Positions 1 to 8,400 of a stretch of DNA of 49,881 bases are shown here, one piece after another. Every line of letters begins with the position of its first letter. The first letter of the stretch is position 1. The stretch comes from Solirubrobacterales bacterium. Its GTDB lineage: Bacteria; Actinomycetota; Thermoleophilia; Solirubrobacterales; 70-9. Both the position numbers and the translations under genes were made by a program. The stretch lies in contig JAJKHV010000173.1 in assembly GCA_021154855.1 (NCBI GenBank), positions 1 through 49,881 on the forward strand, given 5' to 3'. The notes under the pieces are model-generated. The model had not been told where the DNA came from, made no database searches, and saw only the letters and a list, made by a program, of their open reading frames with translations.

Positions 1-1939
1 ATCCCTTTGCCCCCTTCTTCTTCGTCTTGCGGTGACGGCGGGGCTTTTCGTGCGTCCCCTTCTTCAGGCAGATCCCCTTGTGCTTGTAGTAGCCCTTGCG
101 GCAGTACTTGCGGTAGGAGACGGGCGGGTTGCCCGCGCCTTTGGCCAGGGTGGCGAGCGATGGGTCGGGGGGAACCGCGGGCAGGACCTGGCAGGCATCG
201 CCTTCGCAGGGGATCTGCCGAGCGGGTTCTGGGAAGCCGCCCCCGACCTTTGCGTCATAGAGGTCCATCGAGCCGGGGTCGGTTCCCACCAGGCTCGCCT
301 CGGTGAGGAAGTAGGCATCGGTGCCGTCGGCCGATGCGGCGGCAAAGGAGGCGCCCTGGGGCAAAGCGCCGTTGGAGAGGATCGAGATGCAGCCGGCAGC
401 GGCTTTGCAGCTGCCTTCGCCCTGTGCCTCCCACTGATAGGCGTCGGGGACGCCTGTGCCGGTGGTCGGGTTTGAGTTTGAGTCGGCGGTGACCAGGGCG
501 TCTTGGCTTGTAAAGAAGACGCGCTTTGCGTTGGAGCTGAGCGCCCTTGGCTTGTAGGGGGCGTAGGAGATGCCGTTGGCGTAGGCGCCGGGGATGGTGG
601 AGGAGCCCTTGGGCTTCCTGGTCGCCACCGGGTTGCAGGAGGCGCAGCGAAGCGCGGGGGTGGCGGTCTCGTCGTACAGGAAGAGCTCTGTGTCGGGAAG
701 GCCTGTGACTTTGTCGGTGTTGTCGTAGCCGGTCAGTTTGGCTTTGGAGGTGAAGAGGAGTGCTTTGCCGTTGGAGGAAAGGCGCGAAACTCCTGTTGCC
801 GGTGGCCAGCTGGAGGGATCGGCAGCGGTTTCTCCCGCCGCGATCGTCGTCGTCGTTTCTTCTCGCCAGCGCTCGAGGCCGGCGGTGTCTTGGAAGTAGA
901 CGGTTGCGCCGTCTGGCGAGGCGGCCAAAATGCCTTTGACGCCGCTTGCGATCGCGCTTTGCGTTTCGCTGGCGGCACTGTAGCGGTGCAGGGCTCCGCC
1001 GACCGTGTAGTAGGCGTAGGCGCCATCGGTGGAGGCGGCCTCAAAGGAAGCTGCGCTGCCGGTGGTTTCTGGCAGGGCCTTTGGCGGCTGGCCCGGTTCG
1101 TAGAGGTAGAGCGGGCCGTCTTCCCGCTGGTAAGCGTAGATGCGGCTGGCGTCTTTGGAGATCACTCCGGGGCCTTGGGGGAGCTTTGAGCCGGGAGTGC
1201 CGATCAGGGTCAGGTTGCCGGTGGCCTTCTTCCAGAGGTAGAGGTTGGGCTCGGCGCCCCCGCAGCCGTCTGTCGCATCGTCTGTCAGCGCCGAGCAGCT
1301 GCCGAGCACGACCGCGCTTAGGTCAGGTGTTGCACCTTCGAGCCTTACTTCGAATGTCGCGGGATCGAGGCCCCGGCCGGCGATGTCGGCTTCGCCGATC
1401 AGCGCTTCGAAAGAGGCACCTTCGCGCAGGTAGTAGTCCTGGAAGCCGGCAGGGGCGTCGGTGCCTGGTAGCGGCGGGTTGGCCACCGGGCATTCCGTCG
1501 CTTCGCCGCGGCAGCGATCGCCGTTCAGCATCAGCGCCCTGGAGAGGTCTTGGGAGAAGATCCGGTAGGGCACCCCCTGGTCGGTGAAGTGAAAGGAGTC
1601 CGAGAAGACCGGGGTGGTGATGTTCTGGGCAAACCAGCCGCCGGGGGTGCGGGTGCCTATGTATTGGCTTGCGATCGGAGCTCCCGTGCCGCCAGCGAAG
1701 GAGGAGGCCGAGGAGTAGGTCACCGCTCCGCCTTGCGCCGCGGCCTGAAGCACGCCGCCTTTGGCGATCGTTTCCGGCGGGTCGACTCTGCCGCCGTTCT
1801 TCTCCACCGGCGAGACCATCTCCCAGCCCCTTGCGTCGGGCAGGGCGGCCTGGGCGGAGCTGGCCAAGGCCGCCGCCAAGAGCAGGGCGCAGGCGCCGCC
1901 GCCCATAAGGACGCGGCGGCGTCTATCGCGAATGCTCAT
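1..1939 (-). CDS. Secreted TolB/PD40-like beta-propeller repeat protein with Cys-containing polybasic C-terminal tail; 3' end runs off the window (about 646 codons visible)
   Basis: Absent from the ORF track because the frame stays open to the window edge, and no stop-bounded ORF is listed in this frame. Hand translation from ATG 1939 gives MSIRDRRRRVLMGGGACALLLAAALASSAQAALPDARGWEMVSPVE (signal peptide). Nt 2-330 give ...DLYDAKVGGGFPEPARQIPCEGDACQ...YRKYCRKGYYKHKGICLKKGTHEKPRRHRKTKKKGAKG. Both ends are collinear with the N- and C-termini of ORF 5455..9636. Confidence 0.7.
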   Translation of the reverse strand, partial: MSIRDRRRRVLMGGGACALLLAAALASSAQAALPDARGWEMVSPVEKNGGRVDPPETIAKGGVLQAAAQGGAVTYSSASSFAGGTGAPIASQYIGTRTPGGWFAQNITTPVFSDSFHFTDQGVPYRIFSQDLSRALMLNGDRCRGEATECPVANPPLPGTDAPAGFQDYYLREGASFEALIGEADIAGRGLDPATFEVRLEGATPDLSAVVLGSCSALTDDATDGCGGAEPNLYLWKKATGNLTLIGTPGSKLPQGPGVISKDASRIYAYQREDGPLYLYEPGQPPKALPETTGSAASFEAASTDGAYAYYTVGGALHRYSAASETQSAIASGVKGILAASPDGATVYFQDTAGLERWREETTTTIAAGETAADPSSWPPATGVSRLSSNGKALLFTSKAKLTGYDNTDKVTGLPDTELFLYDETATPALRCASCNPVATRKPKGSSTIPGAYANGISYAPYKPRALSSNAKRVFFTSQDALVTADSNSNPTTGTGVPDAYQWEAQGEGSCKAAAGCISILSNGALPQGASFAAASADGTDAYFLTEASLVGTDPGSMDLYDAKVGGGFPEPARQIPCEGDACQVLPAVPPDPSLATLAKGAGNPPVSYRKYCRKGYYKHKGICLKKGTHEKPRRHRKTKKKGAKG

Positions 1940-1963
1940 CCGGTCTTCTTGCCCTTGGGCTGT

Positions 1964-4900
1964 TTAGCCGTGGTGCCTCGCGTGGCCCTTGGCCTTGCGC
2001 GCGGAGCCCTTGCAGCGCGCCTGTAGGGGCGGGGTGGCTTCGAACGTGCGGCCGTTGTGGGCGGTGAGGGCGGCTGTGGCTTTGAAGGGCCGGGAGCAGA
2101 TGTCTCTGCTGTTTTGCAAGAGCCCCTTCTTGGCCCCCTTCATCTTCAGCACCACCCTGGTGATCGGGGCGTCGGGGACGAACTCGAATGTGGTGCGAAT
2201 GCCGCCTTTGACCGAGTCGACCCTTGCTGCTGCTTCGAGGTGGATCGGCAAGGAGGCCGGGCCCCTCAGGTCCATCACCAGGTCGGGCAGTTCGTGTTCG
2301 GAGGAGCGCAGGTAGACGTTGCCTGTAAGTGGGGAGTCAAGCAGCGGCGTTTGCGCTGTGACCTTGCCGTAGATCGATGCTTTCGGGCATTGGTCTGCGG
2401 CGAACTGGACCCTGGTGCAGACGGTGCCGATGTGGGACTGATCGAGGAACTCCGATTTGGGCAGGGCGACCTGCACGCTTTGGGTGTTGGCGTCGCCCGG
2501 GCGGGGGCGGAAGACCGCGGTCAGGGCCGGGTGATCGCCTCTTTGGGTTCCGCCTTTCAGCTTCAAGGCGAGCTTGGGTTTGTAGCCGAGCGCTGCGCAC
2601 TCGCCTACCTGGAAGCGATCGGAGACCGCAGCCGTTACGCCGCCGGTTCCTTCGATCAGGCCGTTTGCCGACTTCGGCTCACAGCTGGTCGGGTTGAGCG
2701 CAAAGCCCTGGCGGTCGAGGAGCACCCTGATGTCTCTGAGGTCCAAGGGGATGCCCGAGAGCGAGGTCGGGATCGGATCGGAGACCGCGTGGGCCCTTGC
2801 GGTGCGCTGATCCAAGCCCACCGGGACCCGGACCAAGACGTTGCCGAGGTCAAAGGGGCCGGCTACGGCGGGGGTCAGGACCGCGAGGCTGAGTGGGGCG
2901 CCTTTGTAGGGGCCTGCCAGGTAGGCCTTGCCTGTGCGCACGTAGAAGGGCGAGCCTGAGCCTGCTCCGGCTTGCACTGTGCCGATCTGGGAGTTGGCCG
3001 GACAGCTTGGGCTGGCGATCTGCGCCTGGCCGGTTCCCGGGCCGGTCGGCAGGGCGCCGAGGGCGGAGTCCGGGCAGGTGGCGACTCCCGCCAGCTGGGC
3101 GGAGAGGCCTTCGGGCAGGTCGACCGAGATCCGGGTCAGGTCCGGCGCCCCGGGGTCGTTGGTCACCTGCGTTGCGAAGGTGGCGAACGATCCCGCAAGC
3201 GCCGTCTCCGATCCGGCGTGGAAGCCCGGTGCGAAGGGCTTTTGGCCGCAGTTCTGATCGAGGGTGAATTCGCTGTGGCCCTTGACCGGTTCTGTGCCTG
3301 ACCAGGGGGTCAGTTCATAGCTGGTCGCGTAGGTGCCGCATTTGTCTGGGGTGGTGATCAGGCCCCTGTTGCCGCCCTTGAAGTGAAGTTCGAGGTCTTC
3401 GAAGGGCTGCTGGGGGTTGTCGTCGAAGGTGGCCGTGATCTGGCCGGTGTTGGGGTCGACGTCGATCTTCGCCGCGACCTTCAGTGTCACGCCCTGGCCG
3501 CTTGCGACCAGGTAGCCGGCGAACATCGAGTGAAACGGGTTGTCGTTTTGCTTGGCGAGGAAGACCCTGGCAGTCAGCGGGCCTTTCAGCACCGGGGTGT
3601 GGATTTCGCCGGTGGCGATCTTCGAGGAGTCCGGGCAGCGCGGTTCGGATTCGTCGAAGCGGATCGTGCCGCCCTCCTGCTCGGCCTGGGTGGCGACGCC
3701 TGAGCTCCCCTTCACCAGCTCTTCGATTTTGGCGTACGGTTTGTAGCCTTCGAGTTCCTGGCTGGTCGTGATCTCCGGCACGTCGTCTCCGGCGAACCCG
3801 CCTCCGAAGGCGATCCTGAAGACGGGCCGACCTTGGAAGTTGGCAAACCGCAACCCGCCGCTGACCTCGATATCGCCTGCGGCGATGCCCGGCAGGCTTT
3901 CCAGCGCCGCCTGGACTTCAGCAGCGTCTGCAGCAAGCGGAATCGGCGCGGTTTCTGAGCCTTCGAAGCCGAGCTTGTAGGTGCCGCCTTCCCCCAGAAC
4001 GGCGAGGCGCTGCAGCTCGCTCTGCGAGCCGCCGACCTGCGCAACGTCCGCTGCTCCGAGCGACCCGATGAACTGGACGTTCCAGGGCCCGCCCGCTCGC
4101 CCGCTCACGGAGACGTTGCCGACGCCGACGTTGGGCAGCCCTTCCAGTGCTACCTGCACTTCGGCAGCGCTTGCGTACTGGGGGAGCGGAGCGGTGCTCT
4201 TCCCTTCCAGGGAGAGCGCGACGGGCGCCCCGTGGCCGCCGATGTCGACCAGCTGCCGCTCGTTGCGGTGCAGCCCAATCTGTTCCTCGCTGCAGCTGCC
4301 GAGGCCGTCGGCCGAGGAGGCGTTCAGGGTGACACCCTGCGGCAGGGTAACAACCGCCTTCTTCAGGTCGGCGGTCGCTGCCCCTTCGGGGTCGCGGAGA
4401 CCATCCTGGGGAATCAACAGGTTGACGTCCAGGCCACTCGGGCTCGCGGGACTGCGAGTGGTGGGGTTCAGCGCCATCGTCGGTTCGAACGACACAGATT
4501 CGCAGTCGGTGATTTCGCCCATCGGGTCGATCGCGTAGTCGAAGGCGTTATAGCGCTGGTAGGTGTCCACCGCTTGCTCGAACTCAATCGGCCCGCAGCT
4601 GGTCGGGTTCGACATGAAGGCGGTCGGCGGCAGGCCGCTGGGGCGGGATATCGGTTCACAGTCCGGCAAATGCCCGCTGTGGCCGCACCGAATCAATTCG
4701 GTCCAGTCGTACCGTTCCAAATTGTGGCTGGGGTCGGTCGGCACGCCCCACAGTCGCGTAAAAGTTGCGGTCAACGGAATCAATGCAGGTGCGTTGACAA
4801 CCGTCGCGGTCAGGGCATTGTCGCGCATCGGGTCGACCTTGATGTCGATGAAGATCGGATAAAGGACCCCGACGAAGCCGAGGCGGGCAACGACGTGGCT

Positions 4901-5395
4901 GTCGCCTCCCGGCGCTTCGAGGTTGTAGACCGGCTCGTAGTATTCGCCCCCCGGGATTTCGAGGATCCCGGAGAGCCCCGGGCTCAGCAACCCGACCTGG
5001 GTATCGAGTTCGCAGGAGGGGGCGTTCGGATCCCCGAGCAGCCTGACTTGTTCGAGGAAGTCGGCTGTGCTGCAGGCGGGAAAGGCCGCGGGGTTGCCGA
5101 TCAACCCTGGTGGCAGCATCTGGCTGACGTCCCGCGCGCTCGCCCAAGGCTTGTTGCCACCGAAGCTTGGTTCGGTCGGGCTGCCTTCGAATGTGAACTT
5201 GGTTTCGAAATCGGCGTGCCGACCTGCCTGCAAGTTCACGAGCGACGCACTGGTTTCGAGGAAGCTGAAGTCCTCGGGGGCGGCCTGCACGGACACCGCC
5301 GCGGCGGCGGAGAGGGCGAGTATCGCCAGCGCCGCAACCGACGCGAGGAGGCCGCGACGGCGGCGCCTGCCCTGATTCTTGTTCCCCGACTGCAT
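1964..5395 (-). CDS. Very large secreted protein of unknown function (signal peptide, internal tandem repeats, basic C-terminal tail CKGSARKAKGHARHHG)
   Basis: The track ORF is 1964..5458. I prefer the internal ATG 5395 (MQSGNKNQGRRRRRGLLASVAALAILALSAAAAVSVQA) because AAGAGG lies 8 nt upstream in a lower-GC spacer. The alternative start 5458 would overlap the upstream stop as ATGA. I recognise no catalytic motif. Confidence 0.75.
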   Translation of the reverse strand: MQSGNKNQGRRRRRGLLASVAALAILALSAAAAVSVQAAPEDFSFLETSASLVNLQAGRHADFETKFTFEGSPTEPSFGGNKPWASARDVSQMLPPGLIGNPAAFPACSTADFLEQVRLLGDPNAPSCELDTQVGLLSPGLSGILEIPGGEYYEPVYNLEAPGGDSHVVARLGFVGVLYPIFIDIKVDPMRDNALTATVVNAPALIPLTATFTRLWGVPTDPSHNLERYDWTELIRCGHSGHLPDCEPISRPSGLPPTAFMSNPTSCGPIEFEQAVDTYQRYNAFDYAIDPMGEITDCESVSFEPTMALNPTTRSPASPSGLDVNLLIPQDGLRDPEGAATADLKKAVVTLPQGVTLNASSADGLGSCSEEQIGLHRNERQLVDIGGHGAPVALSLEGKSTAPLPQYASAAEVQVALEGLPNVGVGNVSVSGRAGGPWNVQFIGSLGAADVAQVGGSQSELQRLAVLGEGGTYKLGFEGSETAPIPLAADAAEVQAALESLPGIAAGDIEVSGGLRFANFQGRPVFRIAFGGGFAGDDVPEITTSQELEGYKPYAKIEELVKGSSGVATQAEQEGGTIRFDESEPRCPDSSKIATGEIHTPVLKGPLTARVFLAKQNDNPFHSMFAGYLVASGQGVTLKVAAKIDVDPNTGQITATFDDNPQQPFEDLELHFKGGNRGLITTPDKCGTYATSYELTPWSGTEPVKGHSEFTLDQNCGQKPFAPGFHAGSETALAGSFATFATQVTNDPGAPDLTRISVDLPEGLSAQLAGVATCPDSALGALPTGPGTGQAQIASPSCPANSQIGTVQAGAGSGSPFYVRTGKAYLAGPYKGAPLSLAVLTPAVAGPFDLGNVLVRVPVGLDQRTARAHAVSDPIPTSLSGIPLDLRDIRVLLDRQGFALNPTSCEPKSANGLIEGTGGVTAAVSDRFQVGECAALGYKPKLALKLKGGTQRGDHPALTAVFRPRPGDANTQSVQVALPKSEFLDQSHIGTVCTRVQFAADQCPKASIYGKVTAQTPLLDSPLTGNVYLRSSEHELPDLVMDLRGPASLPIHLEAAARVDSVKGGIRTTFEFVPDAPITRVVLKMKGAKKGLLQNSRDICSRPFKATAALTAHNGRTFEATPPLQARCKGSARKAKGHARHHG
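3764..4234 (-). repeat. Two tandem 70-75-aa coding repeats inside the 1964..5395 gene (motif TAP(L/I)P..A.AAEVQ.ALE.LP...G...VSG)
   Basis: Residues ~409-477 are HGAPVALSLEGKSTAPLPQYASAAEVQVALEGLPNVGVGNVSVSGRAGGPWNVQFIGSLGAADVAQVGG. Residues ~491-565 are GGTYKLGFEGSETAPIPLAADAAEVQAALESLPGIAAGDIEVSGG...FGGGFAGDDVPEITT (numbering from the 5458 start). Confidence 0.7.
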
Positions 5396-5454
5396 CTGAT
5401 TCGCCTCTTTTCTTCCGTTCTCGTCCCTCGAGGTTCGCTTGCCTGGCCGCCGCC

Positions 5455-8400
5455 TCATCGCGCCGCCCTCCGGTTGGCGCCGCCCCGCCGATGGTGGTGG
5501 CGCCGGCGCTTGACGCAGCGTTCCCTGCCGTGGCGCTCCTTGCCGTGGCGGACCACGCGGCGCCTGCCCTTGCCACAGTGGATCCGCGATTTGACGTTGC
5601 CGCCGCCGTTCAGCGAGGAGCTTGCGACCTGCGGTGGCGCCGGCGCTGCAGCCGGCGCCCCCTGGCAGACGTCGCCCGCGCAGGGCTCGGTGACCCTGCT
5701 CTCAGGCGGCGGGAAGCCGCCGTTCACGCGGGCGTCGTAGATGCGGATCGCGCTGCCGTTTTCGTCCTCCGGCAGCAGCTGCTCGCGGGTGGTGAAGAGG
5801 ACGTTGCTGCCGTCGCGCGAGGCGGCGAATAGCGAGCTTTCGGCACGGCCCTGGCCGGTCGAGATCAGGGCGACGCCTTTTCCGGCCTGCCACCTGTAGA
5901 CATCGCGCGCGTGGTTGACATCACGCGGGACCAGAGCTTCGGTCGACTCGAAGAAGACCGTGTTGCCGTCGTTGCTGAGGTTGTTAGGCGCAGTCCGGGT
6001 CATTGCTTCGTACCGCAGGAGCTGCGCTTCACCCGTTGCCGGGCCGCTGCCGGAGCCACAGGAGACGCACGTCAGCTGTTCGGTGTTGGCGTCGTAGCGG
6101 TAGGCCTCCTCGCAGAGTTCGAGTTCGCCGTCGTGCTCTTCGGTTTTCGTGCAGGTTTCCGGCGTCGCCTCGGTGTTGTCGAAGGAGCTGAGCTGCGTGG
6201 TCGCCTCGAACGTGAGGACGCTGCCGTCGGGGGTCGAGCGGGTGTGATTCATCCCGCGGCCATGACCGAGACCGAATTTGTATGGCCCGACCGCCCCCGT
6301 CCAGGTGATCAAGCCCGCTTCCCCGAGCCGGAAGCTCGTCGCGTCCTCGCCTGAGATTTCGGCGATCAGCGTGGTGCTGTCATCGGCGCGGTTCCAGACG
6401 TACAACTTTCCGCTCTTTTCACCCCCCGTTTCGAAGGTGCGGACGAAATAGACGTGGGAACCGTCCTGGGAGACGTTGACGAAGGCGGCGTCGCCCGTGT
6501 CCGTGATCGGTGTCGACTTACCGCTGTCTAGGTCGTAGGAGTAGAGGTCCGCTGGTAGTGCGTAGAACTGCTTAATGGGATCCGAGTACCTGTCCGCATA
6601 GAACAGGTGGCCGTTGTAGATGCCCGCATAGGTGAGGCTCTGCGCCGGCATCGAGGCCGAAGCCGAAGGCACGGCTCTGATGACGTAGTTCGCATGCGAG
6701 GATCCCCCGAGCGCCACCACCCCTCCGATAGCGTTCGTGGCGGTGAGGCGGCACTGCACCACCTTTGCGAGATCTTCTGTCGTGAGGGCGTAGCTGGAGT
6801 CGGTCGCGCCGGGGATTTCGGTCCCGTTTCGCAGCCACTGGTAGCTGAAGGTCGGGCGGCCGCTCCAGCTGCCTGCTTCACAGAAGAGGCTGCTGCCCAC
6901 CTGTGGGCTTCCCGAGACGCCTCCGCTGGAAAGCTGTTCGGGCGGTTCGGGTGCAAACGCAACAGCTGGGCCGTAGACCGAGACGTTGGCGCTGGCTTGT
7001 GCTGCGACGAAGACGTGCGTGTTGGAGCCCCTAATCGCGACGCCCCTGCCGTTCAGTTCGGTCGTCGAAACGCTACTCGCGCTTGCGGCGCCCGAGGCGT
7101 CAAACTCCGTGAGTTGGGATCCCGTGAGCGCGTAGACATGGCCGCTGGAGGGATCGACGGAGACGGTCCTGACCCCCGAGGAGATTGCGTATTTAATCGC
7201 GCCGGTTGAGCCGTCGAGCTTTGCGAGTTCGCCTTCTCCTCCACCGTAGGAGTCGACGAAGACGAAGCCGGCCGTAGGCCCTATGCCGGCGGCAAGAGTG
7301 CAGGCTTCGGGATAGCTGAAGTTGGCGCTGTTGTCTGCGGCGGTAGGCGGATTGGCGCTGGGCACGTACTTGTGCACGAAGCCGCCGCTGTCGCTGGCGT
7401 AGACGTCTCCGTTGGGGGCGACGGCGACGCCGCAGGCCCTTTCGGAGAAGTGAAGCAGCGATCCGTCGGCCCCAGCCCCTTCCTTGTATTCGTCGAGCTT
7501 GCCCAGGAAGGCGCCGCTGGAGGCGAAGATGTCGATGCGCGATTCTTCTTGGGTTCCCGTGGCTACGTAGATGTCCCCGTTGGTGGCCGTGCCCGAGTTG
7601 TCGACCGCAACCTGGACGGAGCTCCTGCGCCGTTCTTCCGCGCTCGGGAATCTGATCGCGCCTTCCGGCGTTTCGCTGATCACGTTCGTGCCAAGGGCCG
7701 AGAAGTTGTCTGGCGTGCCGTCGGGCTTAAAGCGGGAGATCGTGCCGGCTTCGGGGTCGACGACGAGCAGATCGCCGCTTGACTGGTCGACCGCAACGCT
7801 TGTCGCATAGGAGAAGCTCGGCTGTGCGGCGCTGCCGAAGGTTTCGAGGAAGGGGTGGGTTTGCGCCGTCAGTCCCGAGGAGAAGAACATGCGACTGGAG
7901 ATGGCTTGCGCGGCGCCGGCCGCGTTGGTGGCGTTGACGCGGCACTGCAGCGTCTTGCCTTCGTCTTCGGCGGCAACCGTGTATGTGTTCGCGGTTGCGC
8001 CAGCGATTTCCGCCCCGTCGCGCAGCCACTGGTAGACGAAGCTGGGGCTGCCACTCCAGGTGCCGCTGGAGCAGCTCAGTTCGTCCCCCGCTTCGAGTGC
8101 GTCGCCCGGATCGGTCGAGTTGGCGATCGCCGGACCGGAGGACGCCTGCGGGTATGGCAGCGTAATTGAAACGGAGTTGCTGTAGACGACGGCAGCCCCG
8201 TCGCCGTTGGAAACCGCTTTGCGGCATTGGAGCGAGTGGCCCACGTCGGCTTCGGGCGGGGTGTAGGTGTTGGCGCTCTGGCCGGCGATTTCGGTGCCAT
8301 CGCGGAACCATCGGAAGGCGTAGGTGGCGCCGGTGACGTGGAAGTCAGTGCCAATGCAGGTGAGTTGCGTACCCACCGCCGAGGCATTGCCCGACGGGCC

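Noticed and set aside
4232-5740. 502-aa plus-strand ORF, with many similar 100-460-aa ORFs across 1..9636 on both strands
   Set aside because: They lie antisense or out of frame to the large secreted-protein genes. They are Arg/Gly/Ala/Pro-rich with no recognisable motifs. This is the typical open-frame artefact of ~70% GC DNA.
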